Origin: an uncultured bacterium
Lineage (GTDB): Bacteria > JAUVQV01 > CAWCAY01
Direction of reading: 5' to 3'
DNA: 64,000 bases
NCBI GenBank assembly: GCA_963793725.1
Contig: CAWCAY010000002.1
Span: 183,196 to 247,195, forward strand
Part shown: positions 1 through 11,131 of the stretch, piece by piece
Layout: every line of letters begins with the position of its first letter
Numbering within the stretch: position 1 is the first letter of the stretch
The notes under the pieces: model-generated
Told to the model about the DNA's origin: nothing
The model's database searches: none
Seen by the model: only the letters and a program-made list of their open reading frames with translations
Program-made: the position numbers and the translations under genes

Positions 1-241
1 CACCTGCTGGCCGTCTTCGGGCCGGAAGCGGAGCCGGTCGCCGCGGTACTCTGAACAGGACCGCCTTTATCAGCCCCCCGGCGTCCTTGAGACTGAAGTA
101 GGCGTGCCCGGACGAGTAGAGACGATAGCCGGAGATCTCCCCCTCGATCCAGACCATCCCGATCGACTCCTCCAGCCGGGACTTGATCAGGGCGGTCAGT
201 TCGCTGACGCTGTAGACGTGCCTCTGCTCGGCGGTTTCCAC
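1..241 (-). CDS. xseA: Exodeoxyribonuclease VII large subunit, N-terminal OB-fold (runs off the window edge; frameshift near 45)
   Basis: Not in the ORF track. Manual translation gives VYSVSELTALIKSRLEESIGMVWIEGEISGYRLYSSGHAYFSLKD..LIKAVLFR, then RLRFRPEDGQQV. GGAGAAG RBS precedes the GTG start. Confidence 0.85.
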   Translation of the reverse strand, partial: METAEQRHVYSVSELTALIKSRLEESIGMVWIEGEISGYRLYSSGHAYFSLKDAGGLIKAVLFRVPRRPAPLPARRRPAG

Positions 242-390
242 GCATCTTCTCCCGGGTTTCATCTTACCGGATGCCCCCCCAATCCGCAAGGCGGCGGCAC
301 GCCGCGACGCGCCCGGAGTTCAAATCACTTGACGAGCGCCCCGTCCGGTAGCAAATTTAGCGGATACTATTGTCCAACGGGAGAAACGCC

Positions 391-870
391 ATGCCGAGGA
401 AGATGCCGTCGATCATCGCCGCCGCGCTCATCACCATCGCCGCCGCGCCGGTGTTCGCCTCCGAGACCTATGTCCCGCCCCCCGAGGAGCAGAAGGGCGC
501 CCGGGTGACATCCCAGTCCGTCTTCGCCACCAAGTGCGCCAAGTGCCATGAACTGGCCCGGCCCGAGAAGGCCCAGAAGAGCCCGGCCGACTGGAAGGCG
601 ACCGTCGACAGGATGCAGGGCAAGGACCCCAAGTGGATCTCCGCCGCCGACAACGACCGGATATGCAGGTTCCTGTCGGGCCGCGACCTGGCCAAGGCGA
701 AGTGCAACAAGTGCCACCCCGACAGCCGCGCCGACGTGAACAAGACCGACCTCCAGTGGCAGACGACCCTCGACCGGATGCAGTCGAAAGACCCCAAGTG
801 GATCTCCAACGACGAGAAGGCGCTGATCAAGTTCTACCTGACCGACATCTTCCTGCTCGAGCTGGACTGA
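391..870 (+). CDS. Exported diheme c-type cytochrome with an internal duplication
   Basis: Signal peptide ending VFA; two CxxCH motifs (CAKCH, CNKCH), each followed by W..T..RMQ.KDPKWIS. Confidence 0.8.
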   Translation: MPRKMPSIIAAALITIAAAPVFASETYVPPPEEQKGARVTSQSVFATKCAKCHELARPEKAQKSPADWKATVDRMQGKDPKWISAADNDRICRFLSGRDLAKAKCNKCHPDSRADVNKTDLQWQTTLDRMQSKDPKWISNDEKALIKFYLTDIFLLELD

Positions 871-884
871 CGCGGGCCCTTCCG

Positions 885-1997
885 ATGACAACCACGAATG
901 GACTGCCCGAGTTGACCATCAAGGGGAAGCATATCCGCTTCCCGATCTTCCAGGGGGGGATGGGTGTCGGCGTCTCCCTCCACACCCTCTCGGCCGCCGT
1001 CTCCCGCTCCGGCGGCATGGGGATCATCTCCAGCGCCTGCCTGGACCGGATCGTCTCCAAGCGCACCGGCAAGCAAACCGGGGTCCGCGACGCCGTCTAC
1101 CAGGAGGTTTCGCTGGCCAAGGAGGAAGGCAGCGGGCAGGGGGCGGTCGGCATCAACATCATGTGCGCCCTGATGCGCGACTTCGTCGACTCGGTCAAGG
1201 GGGCCATCGACGCCAGGGTGGACGCCATCGTCGCCGGGGCCGGCCTCCCGCTGAACCTGCCGTCGATCCAGGAACTGAAGGACACCGCGCTGATCCCGAT
1301 CGTCTCCTCGGGAAGGGCCCTGGAACTGATCTGCCGCAAGTGGGAGCGGCTCCACTACCGCCCCGACGCGGTCGTCCTGGAGGGGCCCCTGGCCGGCGGC
1401 CACCTGGGGTTCGCCGCGGCCGACGTCGAGAAGCCGGAGCACCGGTTGGAGAACCTCCTCGGGCCAGTCAAGGACGTGGCACGCAAGTTCGGCGACTTCC
1501 CGGTCATCGTCGCCGGCGGGATCTTCACCCGTGACGACATCCTGGCCTTCCTGCGCCGCGGGGCCGACGGCGTGCAGATGGGAACCCGCTTCCTGGCCAC
1601 CCACGAGAGCAGTGCCAGCCCGGCCTACAAGCAGGCCGTGGTCGAGGCCACCGACGATGACATCCTGGTGGCCGACCGCCCCGGTTCGCCCTGCGGCCTT
1701 CCCTTCCGGGTGCTCAAGAACTCGCCCATGTACCGGGCCACCCTGGCGGGCGCGCGGCCGCCTCGCTGCGACAAGGGGTACGTGCTGCGCCGAGACGGCA
1801 ACGGCAGCTTCCTGCGCTGCCCCACCATGGACGACGTCCGGGCCTTCTTCTGCATCTGCAACGGGCTGCTCAGCTCGGGCGGCTACAATCCCGACGACGA
1901 ACAGCCGCTCTACACCGTCGGCGCCATGGCCAGCCGGGTCGACCGCATCATGAGCGTCGGCGAGTTGATGGGCGAACTGACCGGAGTGCCGGCCTAG
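885..1997 (+). CDS. Nitronate monooxygenase / FabK-FabX-like FMN protein
   Basis: IFQGGMGVGVS, EGPLAGGHLG and GADGVQMGTRF motifs; C-terminal Cys cluster CDKGY..C..FCICNGL. Confidence 0.85.
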   Translation: MTTTNGLPELTIKGKHIRFPIFQGGMGVGVSLHTLSAAVSRSGGMGIISSACLDRIVSKRTGKQTGVRDAVYQEVSLAKEEGSGQGAVGINIMCALMRDFVDSVKGAIDARVDAIVAGAGLPLNLPSIQELKDTALIPIVSSGRALELICRKWERLHYRPDAVVLEGPLAGGHLGFAAADVEKPEHRLENLLGPVKDVARKFGDFPVIVAGGIFTRDDILAFLRRGADGVQMGTRFLATHESSASPAYKQAVVEATDDDILVADRPGSPCGLPFRVLKNSPMYRATLAGARPPRCDKGYVLRRDGNGSFLRCPTMDDVRAFFCICNGLLSSGGYNPDDEQPLYTVGAMASRVDRIMSVGELMGELTGVPA

Positions 1998-3296
1998 CCG
2001 GAACGCCTTCCCGCCCGGTCCCGCCACCAGGCCCAGGCGACCAGCAGGGGGAGTAGCAGGTGGATCCCCCGCCGCAGCCACGGCAGGTCGCGATGGGCGA
2101 GGTAGTAGGCGTAGCTGGAGACCGACAGGCTGGAGAAGACGGCCGCCGGCAGCCACGCCCTGGGAGCCATCAGCGGCAGTCCCCAGGTCAGGTACCAGGG
2201 CATCACCGCCGGTGAGCAGGCGGCCGTCCAGAAGAGCAGGATCCCCCCCCGCCGCGCGGCTTCGCCCTCCGCCGCATGCCGCCCCGACCAGCCGACCGCC
2301 AGGGAGGCGAACGCGACCGCCGCCCAGAAGAGGACCCTGGCCACGGCCGGACCGGCCAGCCACTCCCAGGCCTCCCACGCTCCATGGTTGAAAACCCACC
2401 ACCGGGCGTACGTCCCAAGGCTGCCGAGCACCCCGCGCCCGGCCGGGAGGAACGGTGAGGTACAGGACGATCCCGGCCAGCGCCGCACCGGCCAGCAGGC
2501 GCCCCTTCCGGCGGCTCCGGAAGAGGAGCAGCGGGGCCGCAAAGATGGGGAACACCTTGGTCAGCACCGCCGCCCCGATGGCCGCGCCGGCCCATCCCTC
2601 CCGCCCCCGGGCCTGCAGCCGGAAGGCCAGCAGCATCAGCAGGATGGCCGCCGGTTCGATGTGGCCGCTGTTGGCGAACTCCTTGAGGACCACCGGATTC
2701 CAGGCATAGAGAACCGCCAGGCGCGGATCGCCGCCCGAGCGCCGCACCAGGTCCATCGTCAACCACACCGACCCGGCGAAGAAGAGGAGCAGGAACGCCC
2801 GGGCCGGCACCAGGGCGCCTCCCGAGACGAGGCGCGTCAGGGCGAAGATGGCCTGGGCCATCGGGGGGTACGGCGAGGGGAGCTTCGGGTAGCCGACGAG
2901 CCGGGAGCCGTCGTCCTGAAGGTCGGCCAGCTCCGGGGAGGCGGGGGCGTGCAGGTAAGGATTGTGGCCGTGGAGGACCACCTTCCCCTCCCACAGGTAG
3001 CGGTGGAGGTCGTCGTCGAGCAGCGGCGGGCCGGCCAGCAGTATCAGCGAGAAGATGGCCGTCAGACCGAGGATGCGTCCGGTGCCCATGCCCGCCTCGC
3101 CGGTGCCGCGCAGCAGGATCCGGAAGGCGGCCAGGTAGCCGCCGGCCATGACTCCCATGGCCGCCAGGAAGAGCCACACCCTGGCCGACCAACCGGGGCT
3201 CCGGGCAGCTAGGGTGACCGCCAGGCAGCCGCTCCCGATGGCCAGGGCGGCAATGGCGAGGCTTCTGCCGCCGGAATCCTCGTGGGTGTCGGTCAT
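1994..3296 (-). CDS. GT-C membrane glycosyltransferase (GT87/DUF2029-like), frameshift near 2450
   Basis: DDLHRYLWEG, NPY, YPP, YAWNP..E..NSGH and PWY..W motifs across two frames. Confidence 0.75.
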
Positions 3297-3363
3297 GGCC
3301 GGATTGTAGCCCATCCGCGGCAACCTTTGTCACCCGGGCGAGGCTGTGGCATACTGCACATCG

Positions 3364-3948
3364 ATGCCCGACATCCTCATCCACCGGCGCGAGTTCCCCG
3401 GCAGGCATGTCTTCGAAGTGGTCATCGGCGACATCCTGCGCCAGGAGACCGACGTCATCGTCAACGCCGCCAACGGGTGCCTGGTCCACGGCGGCGGCGT
3501 GGCCCTGGCCATCTCCCGGGCCGCCGGCGCGGAGATGGACGACGACGGCCTCCGGATCGTCCGCGACGAGGGTTCCGTCCCGACCGGCCGGGCGGTGGCC
3601 ACCGTGGCCGGGCGCCTCCCCTACAAGGCGATCATCCACGCGGTCGGCCCCCAGTACGGTCAGGGGAACGAAGAGAATCTATTGATCTCGTCTCTCCTGG
3701 CCTCGTTCGGCATCGCCCACGAGCGGGGCTGGGCGTCGGTCGCCTTCCCCGCCGTCAGCGCCGGGATCTTCGCCGTCCCGCACGTCATCTGCGCCCGTGC
3801 CTACCGGCGGGCGGTCGAGGAGTTCTTCGCCGCCTACCCCACGACCCAGGTCACGCTGCTGCGCCTGGTCCTGGTCCGCGGCCCACTGCTGGACGCGGTG
3901 AAAAACGAGATGGATTCGACCGACACCATGGGACCCCGGACAGCCTAG
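3364..3948 (+). CDS. Macro domain protein (ADP-ribose binding/hydrolase)
   Basis: GDI..DVIVNAAN..HGGGVALAI, IIHAVGP and FPAVSAGIF motifs. Confidence 0.9.
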   Translation: MPDILIHRREFPGRHVFEVVIGDILRQETDVIVNAANGCLVHGGGVALAISRAAGAEMDDDGLRIVRDEGSVPTGRAVATVAGRLPYKAIIHAVGPQYGQGNEENLLISSLLASFGIAHERGWASVAFPAVSAGIFAVPHVICARAYRRAVEEFFAAYPTTQVTLLRLVLVRGPLLDAVKNEMDSTDTMGPRTA

Positions 3949-5960
3949 CGGAGGGCGGCGCCGATGGCCTCGAGGGCGGCCACGATGCGCCCGCGGCGCT
4001 TCGACACCTCGTCCTCGGTCAGGGTCCGGTCGGGCGCGGCGAAACTGAGCGAGAAGGCGATGCTCTTCTTCCCCTCCGGAAGTTGCGGCCCCCGGTAGAT
4101 GTCGAAGACCGACACGTCGGTCAGCAATTCTCCGCCGGCCTTCCTGATCTCGGCCTCCATGGCCGCCGCCGGCACCTCGTCGTCGGTCACCACGGCCAGG
4201 TCCTGGCGGACCGCCGGGAAACGCCCCGGGACGGTGAAACGGGCCGTCCCGGCCAGGCCCTCGATGACGTCGAGATCGAGTTCGACGGCCATGACCCCCC
4301 GGTCGCCGACATCCCACGCCTCGGCCGCCTCGGGGCAGAGTTCACCGAACCACCCAGCCGGGCAGCCGCCGGCGACCAGTTCCATCCCGCGCCCCGGACG
4401 GAAGATGCCCCGCACGGACGGCTCGATGCTCCAGCCGGCGGCGTGCAGGCCGTTCATCAGGCCGGCGACCAGACCCTTCAGGTCGAACAGGTCGAACGGC
4501 GGGGGTGTCGGGTTGCCCCACCACGGGACCTCGCGCGGCCCGGACAGCACGATGCCGAACCGGCGCGGCTCGACCGGCCGCTCGCCGCCGGTCCGCTGGA
4601 AGACCCGGCCGATCTCGAAGATGGCCACCCGCGGAGAGTAGCGCAGGTTGGCCGCCAGGGCGTCGAGCATCCCGGGCAGGAGTGACCGGCGCATGACCGT
4701 GCGCTTCTCGGAGAGGGGATTCTTGACCCGCATGAAACCGGCGGCATCGACCAGGTCGGTCTCGGCCCGGGTCGCCCAGGCGAGGGCCTTGCGCTCGTCG
4801 ATCAGCCCGTAGGCGATCACCTCCTGCAAGCCCGAGGCGACGGCGAAACCGCGGATGGCGTCTTCCGTCCGGCGGCCGGCACTGGTCTCCGGCTCGGGCA
4901 GGCGGTCGGCCATCATCACCGTGGGGATCGACTCGTATCCCTCGATCCGGGCCACCTCCTCGACCAGGTCGGCCGAGATGGAGACGTCGAGCCGGTGCAG
5001 CGGCACGACCACCTCGAGGGCGGAGCCGCGGTGGGAAACTTCGAACTCGAGCCCCCTGAGGATGGCCGTCACCCGCTCCTCGGGCACCTGGTAGCCGAGC
5101 ACCCGCTCGAATTCGCTCAAGGCGACGGTGACGTGGACCTGCTTCTGCGGGCGCGGGCAACAGTCGACCAGGCCGGCGGCGGCATCCCCTCCCCCCAGTT
5201 CGGCCACCATCCGGGTGATCCGGGACGAGGCTTCGGCGGCCAGCGAAGCCGGGAGCCCTTTGCCGAAGCGGAGGCTGGCCTGGCTGGGGAGGTTGAACCG
5301 CTGGGCGGTCCGCCGGATGGAGGCGTGGTGGAAGGTGGCCGCCTCGAGCAGGATCTCGGTCGTCCCCTCCCGCACCTCGGTCTCCTCGCCCCCCATCACC
5401 CCGGCCACGGCAATCGGGCCCCGCCCGTCGGTGATCAGCAACGTGTCGGCCGTGCAGCGGCGCTCGGCGCCGTCGAGGGTGCGAATGATCTCCCCCTCGC
5501 GGGCCGCCCGGACGACGATCGACGGGACACCGCCGCCCGCCCGCTCGCGCAGCGCGGCGTAGTCGAAGGCGTGCAGCGGCTGGCCCAGCTCGAGCATGAC
5601 ATAGTTGGTGGCGTCGACAATGTTCGAGATGGGGCGCTGGCCGGCCAGCGTCAGACGCCGCTGGACGGTGAACGGCGAGGGGCCGATGGTCACTCCGCCC
5701 ACCCAGGTGCCGCAGTAGCGGGCGCACAGATCGGGGTCGTCGATGGCGATGGTCATCAGGTCGGAAGCCCGGCGCGCCCCTGCAGCCGGCGGCTCCGGCC
5801 GGTAGCGCACCTTCCGGCCGGTCAGCGCGGCCACCTCGCGGGCCACGCCCAGGATCGACAGGCAGCGGGACAAGTTCGGGGTCGGCTCGACCTCGAACAC
5901 AGTATCCCCCAGGTAGTCGGCCAGCGGCGTCCCGACCGGGGCGTCGTCGGCAGCCAAGGA
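3945..5960 (-). CDS. pheT: Phenylalanine-tRNA ligase beta subunit, N-terminal part missing (cut at a junction)
   Basis: TPN..CLSILGVAREVAA, NYVMLELGQPLHAFD and DLVEEVARIEGY motifs plus the C-terminal FDX-ACB domain. Homology begins abruptly at DDAPVGTPL. Confidence 0.9.
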   Translation of the reverse strand, partial: SLAADDAPVGTPLADYLGDTVFEVEPTPNLSRCLSILGVAREVAALTGRKVRYRPEPPAAGARRASDLMTIAIDDPDLCARYCGTWVGGVTIGPSPFTVQRRLTLAGQRPISNIVDATNYVMLELGQPLHAFDYAALRERAGGGVPSIVVRAAREGEIIRTLDGAERRCTADTLLITDGRGPIAVAGVMGGEETEVREGTTEILLEAATFHHASIRRTAQRFNLPSQASLRFGKGLPASLAAEASSRITRMVAELGGGDAAAGLVDCCPRPQKQVHVTVALSEFERVLGYQVPEERVTAILRGLEFEVSHRGSALEVVVPLHRLDVSISADLVEEVARIEGYESIPTVMMADRLPEPETSAGRRTEDAIRGFAVASGLQEVIAYGLIDERKALAWATRAETDLVDAAGFMRVKNPLSEKRTVMRRSLLPGMLDALAANLRYSPRVAIFEIGRVFQRTGGERPVEPRRFGIVLSGPREVPWWGNPTPPPFDLFDLKGLVAGLMNGLHAAGWSIEPSVRGIFRPGRGMELVAGGCPAGWFGELCPEAAEAWDVGDRGVMAVELDLDVIEGLAGTARFTVPGRFPAVRQDLAVVTDDEVPAAAMEAEIRKAGGELLTDVSVFDIYRGPQLPEGKKSIAFSLSFAAPDRTLTEDEVSKRRGRIVAALEAIGAALR

Positions 5961-5961
5961 T

Positions 5962-8680
5962 CTCGTGCAGCGTTTCCCGATCATTGAGATAGAGATCAAG
6001 CGCCTTTATTAATGTGTCAAGGCATTCCGGGTGACGTCCCTGGCCTTTCCTTGCAGCTGCCAATCCCAGCAGTGCATTGCACTCCGCAGGGTCGAGGCGC
6101 AACGCCTTGCTGAAAGATATGGCGGACTCGGTAAACTTCCCCTGTTTCAATTTCAATCTGCCTATACCCAGAAGGGTTCCCATGGGATTTATCTCTTCCT
6201 TTATTGCGTCGGAATATGCAAGCAATGCCGCCTCTGTTTTTCCCTGACGCGCAAGACAATCACCGATGTCCGTGAGAACTGACCGGTCACCGAAACTCTT
6301 TGCCCACCAGAGATCAGACAGCGCATCTTCGTTACGCCCTTCCTGTTTAAGTTTACGGCCTGATTCAGCAAAGCTTTGGATAACAGTAGACGAATGCGCC
6401 TTATCATATGCAGTATGGATTTCCTTTACCCTCTGCTGCAACCTGGCGCCAATCGTTTCCAGATTCAGCTTTTCACTTATGTCTCGTGCTGCAATTTCGC
6501 CACGGGCAGCCGCCAGGTCGCGCCGGTCAAAGACCAGACGCATCATTTCAGCGGCGTGCTTCAGGTCCGGCTCGGCCCAGATGTTTCCCTTGGCATAGGG
6601 ACCATAGTCATTCTCCAGCTCAACCAGACGGTAGCTGACCGGAAAGCTGTTTTCTCCGGTCATGAACTCCATGTTGCCCGAATAGGCGGTGGCGATGACC
6701 GGTTTACCAAGGTACATGGATTGGGCCATTCCCAGGCCGAACCCTTCGGAGCGGTGCAGCGAAACGAAGGAGTCTGCGGAAGCCATCAGGCTGAGCATCT
6801 CATCATTCTCCAGGTGCCTGCTGATAAAGCGGATCTTAGCACCTTTTGCCGTCTCCTCCAGGAGTCGGGCCATATCTTGGGAGTAGTGGGCGTTTATGCA
6901 CTTTACGACCAGGGTGGCCTTGTCTTTCCTGGAGAAGGCCGACTTGAAAGCCTCGATCACCCCCAGCGGATTCTTCCGCTGGAAAACACTCAGATAGTCG
7001 AAGACGAAGAGGAATAGAAACTCATCTTCGGGCAGGTTGAACTCCTTGCGGTTGGAGGTGGCCTTTCCTTTGTCCAGCACAATCGGGTGGGGCATGGTCA
7101 CCACCGGTATCGGAGAAACAGCTGCCACCGCCTGTCTGCAGAACTCGCTGGGGACCCAGATTTCCTGGTATCGTTCAAAGTGCCTGTGCCACTGTTCCGG
7201 GAACCGTTCCAGTTCCCAGACCCACAGGCCGATGTTGTAACGGTCAGCAAAGAAACCTGTATCCATTGAGCCGGTTACCGCTTCGGTCAGGTCGGCGTTG
7301 ACATGCACGAGGTTGATAAGGTACGGGTTGTCCTGGGCAAACTCTGTAAAGGTTCGGTCGTTGAAGCGTTGCCCTGGCACCGCCACATTAAGCAGAACAT
7401 GGGGTATTGAAGCGCTTGCAAAGGCATGGGCGTAGTTGCGGGCGGCAACGCCGACACCGAACTCCCCGTTAAAGAAGCCGGTGTAATTGACGCCGGGAGG
7501 TATTTCCCCCTCGTGCGACTGACGAGGCATCTCCCATGACGCGGGAAATGCATCTGATGCATGAAGAGCTTCGTGACAATTCATGCCGGAAATCCCGTTC
7601 AGGGAATTGATGGCTTTATCGGAATCTGCCGGCGTCAGGGAGAAGCGTTTTTTTGCCAGCACATCTTTCCCTTTGAACAGGCGAGACCCCCTCCATTTTT
7701 CGAGAAAATACCTGGTGTCCAGATAGTAGATATCCTTGGAATTCCCTTTCTTCATGCTGTCAACGATGTTGTTGTGGTCCACTAGCGAATATGGAGAAGG
7801 AATAATTGAAAATCCTGCCTGCCACAACTGCATGCAGATGTCCACGTCAGCCCAGTAAAACCTGTAGCTCTCATCGAATCCCGACGTCTTCGAAAAAGCC
7901 GATTTCCTTATGATGCCGAAATTTATGAAGGGATAATTCCCCATACTGTCATATCCGAACTCGCTGAAAATCCCGCCGTAATCCTCAATGGTATTGCGGT
8001 GAAGGAAACTGACCCCACCTATCTTCATATCGTCTTTCGCCGCGGAAACGGCCTGTGAGAAAGCCTCCGGAAAAAAGACGATGTCGTCGCTGGCAAAGAT
8101 AATCCATTCGCCGCGGGCATTGCGGAACCCGTGGTTGACGAGCTTTGCCCACGAGAACTTTTCGCCGGCGCTGAAGATATCCGCATCGTAGAACACCCTG
8201 GTGATTCCATGTGTCGATATTATGGTCTGGATTTCAGAGTGGTCGTCATCTCCCACATAGAGAAGGACTTCGTAGGAGAGGCTCCCCATGGCTGCTGGAA
8301 GGCTCTCCAGGATTTCTTCAAGGCCGCCCGGCCGTCCCTTTGTGGGGAGAATGACGGAGATCATATCTTCTCCCTCCATGGAAACAGGAGCCGATGGAGC
8401 ATTAAGTTTGACGGTGTCAAGGGTCATGGTCTCCTTGACCTGTTCGCGGGCCCTGTTTAAATCTTTAAGGGCATTTCCCACCTCATCAAAACCGGGAAAG
8501 AGATCCTGCAACTCTTCAAAGATATCGCAGGCAGTGACGACATGATCCAGGCGCTGGGCGAGTTTTGCCGCGCGAAAAGCGACTCGGACGGTATTGAGGC
8601 CACCTTCGACGGATTTCAGATAGTGGGCGAGGGCATCATGATCCTTCCCCTCTGATTCGAGGATCAAGGCATGCCGGTGA
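5962..8680 (-). CDS. Internal fragment of a multidomain glycosyltransferase (TPR-GT2-GT4-TPR)
   Basis: ISVILPTKGR and IIFASDD (GT2); WVWELE, RKNP and SLHRSEGFGL (GT4); TPR-like helices at both ends. No own start or stop; lower GC than the flanks. Confidence 0.8.
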
Positions 8681-9309
8681 TCTGGGCCCGAATGCACGCC
8701 GGGACCGGGTGAACGGGGCAGGGCAAGGACCAAGGCGCCGAGCACGGAGTTGTCCCGCCCGCGAACCGGAACCGCCGCCAGCATGCTGCCGTCTGGCGCG
8801 CGATGCGAAAGCCGGTCGGGGTCGGTCTCGCCGTCGAGAGCCGCCTGGATCAACGCGGAGGCTGGTGATGCATGCTCGGTGGAGGCAAGAACGCCGGCCG
8901 CCGCCTCGGCCGGGAAAGCCGTAATGACCTTTCCGTTTTTGTCCACGACCGCCCGTACCGGCGAGGCATAGAGAAATGCGGTTTTCCTTCCCGGTCGGCG
9001 GGAAAAGTGGACATCCCGCAGGGGGGCGTCCCTGCGCAACCACTCGGTTAGTGCCCTCTGGTCAGGCGGATCGCGCATCAGATAGGGCGCGGCCTGTGGC
9101 GCAGACCGGCCGAGACTTGCGGTCAAAACCTGCCCGGAGACCGGAAGTCCGCGGGGCAGAAACGCCCGTACCGCAAAGAGACTGGTCGCTTCCAATATCA
9201 AGATGGCGGCGACTGTAAAAAGCGTATAGGTGAGCGTAAGCTTCCCCTGCAGCCGGCGAAAGGGTCGCAAAAGGCGCCTACCCGCCCCCCGTAATATTCC
9301 CTGGGTCAT
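8681..9309 (-). CDS. N-terminal sensor portion of a membrane histidine kinase, truncated at a junction
   Basis: RRLQGKLTLTYTLFTV transmembrane helix, then a Cache-like AAVPVRGRDNSVLGALVL segment; no HAMP or kinase domain follows. Confidence 0.55.
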
Positions 9310-9496
9310 TCCTCACAACACCGCCCAATTCTTCCTAACGAATCCTCTATTCCCTTGGTGCCCATGTTTTCCTTCCAGTTGGCGGCATTGAAGGGTGAAG
9401 GGTGAAGGGGACCGGTGGCTAGGCCAAATCAGAGAAATCTTACAGCATTTTAGTCGTCGTGGTGGGGCACAAAAAACCAATTTCCTAATGGTGGTA

Positions 9497-9525
9497 TTGA
9501 CGCCGTCAATCTCCTCCGATACCAT
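9497..9525 (+). promoter_or_regulatory. Sigma-A-like promoter for the capA-family gene
   Basis: TTGACG-17 bp-TACCAT; the -35 lies inside the palindrome ATTGACGCCGTCAAT. Confidence 0.5.
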
Positions 9526-9555
9526 GGAATAAGGTTATGTCATGGTCATGGAGGA

Positions 9556-10603
9556 ATGAAGATGCGCCTGTTGTCATGCCTGATCCTCTGCCTTGCCCTG
9601 CCACTCGGCGCGCTGGCCGCGCCGGAAGATCCTTCCTTTACCATCGTCGCCGTGGGCGACCTGAACTTTGCCGATGGGCTGGGCCAGATGATCCTCAAGC
9701 AGGGCCCGGACTATCCCTGGCGCGATACAAAGGCCGTCCTGGAGCGGGGGGACCTGCTCGTCGGCAACCTTGAGGTTCCCGTCTCCCTGCGCGGCGCGGT
9801 CTGGATCAAAAAGACATACCTGCTCCATGCCGACCCGCGCACTGCCGACGCCCTGACTGCGGCGGGGTTTGATCTGGTCAGTCTGGCCAACAACCACATG
9901 ATGGACTTTGGCGCGCCGGCCCTGACCGAGACCATATCCGCGTTGGACGCGCGAAAAATCGCCTATGCCGGGGCCGGTACGAACGAAGCGGCTGCCCGCG
10001 CTCCGGCCTTTATCAGCCTGGGCCAGCTGCGTTTGGCCTTCCTTTCCTACTGCCGCGTCTATCCCAGCGAGTTCCGCGCCGGCCGAGATAGGCCGGGCAC
10101 CGCTTGGTCCACGGATCAGGAGATCCTGGCGGACGTCACCGCGGCCAAGAGCCGAGCGGACATTGTCATCGTCTCGGTCCATTGGGGCTCTGATTACGTC
10201 ACGACTGTCTCCTCGTGGCAAAAGACCCTGGCCCACGCCTGCATCGACCGCGGCGCCTCCATCATCCTCGGCCATCACCCGCATATCCTCAACGGTTGTG
10301 AGGTCTATCGGGGAGGGTTCATCGCCTATAGTCTGGGCAATTTCGCCTTCGGCTCCCTGAACAAGAAGGCCAACGACAGCGCGATCTTCCGTCTTGGGCT
10401 GGACGCCGGGGGCAAGCCCTGTTGGGTCCGGATCCACCCGGTCAACGTCAACAATTACACGGTCAACTTCCAAGCGCGCCTCCGCAAAGGCGCCGATGCC
10501 GGAACGGGTCCTCCAGGATCTGCGCCGCCTCTCCGCCCCTTTCGGCACACGCATCACGTCCGCGGACGGAGAAGGCTTGATCGAAATTGGTGATGCCCCA
10601 TAA
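9556..10603 (+). CDS. CapA family metallophosphoesterase-like exported protein (frameshift near 10500)
   Basis: AVGD, GNLE, LANNHMMDFG, VHWG, GHHPH and YSLGNF motifs; signal peptide; GGAGG RBS. Confidence 0.85.
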
Positions 10604-10649
10604 ACGGGAACGATTAACCTCTTCGGATGAGGATTTATCCTACGCTTTT

Positions 10650-11100
10650 GAAGAGGTGTGAAAAAGGTTAACTCACCCCCGGTCTTCGACCGCCCCCTCT
10701 CTTCCGCGGAAGAGAGGGGGCCGGGGGGTGAGTTCTGATATGGATTTGCGGGGACACCCACCTGCAACGAAATGCTCCTTGATTAGGCGGTTGGCGATAA
10801 CGCGGTGAACCATCGCGTTTTCGCCAACCGGAGAATTGTCCATTTTCGTTGCAGGGATCCGGCAGAGCTTCTCTGCACTCTTATAAAAGCGCCGAGGCTT
10901 TTTCACATCGCTTTTGGAAGTTGTATGATTAAGGATGGGACGTAACCTCTTCCCTTTACGGGGGGTTAGGTCACGGCGGTATCCGTGCCGCCGTTGACAA
11001 CCAAGTTTTTCACACCTCATATCGAAGCAATGTGATATACCCGGAAGATCGTCTCAAGCCAAGACGCCAAGGACACAAGGGCTAGAAAGCAGCCCCATAG
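10650..11100. mobile_element. Cluster of tandem and nested MITE-like cassettes
   Basis: Ends GAAGAGGTGTGAAAAA (10650), TTTTTCACATCGCTT (10899), TTTTTCACACCTC (11006) and GAAGCAATGTGATA (11024); several internal hairpins. Confidence 0.65.
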
Positions 11101-11131
11101 CTTGCGTAGGATGGCCTGCTCCTGCAACAGC

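Noticed and set aside
834-5987. Long antisense and alternate-frame ORFs (e.g. 2203-3639, 3282-4685, 4995-5987)
   Set aside because: They are shadow ORFs of high-GC coding sequence with no recognisable motifs.
4342-9309. 1655-aa ORF as a giant sensor-glycosyltransferase fusion
   Set aside because: It reads through two probable chimeric joins, and its last third is an off-frame translation of pheT.
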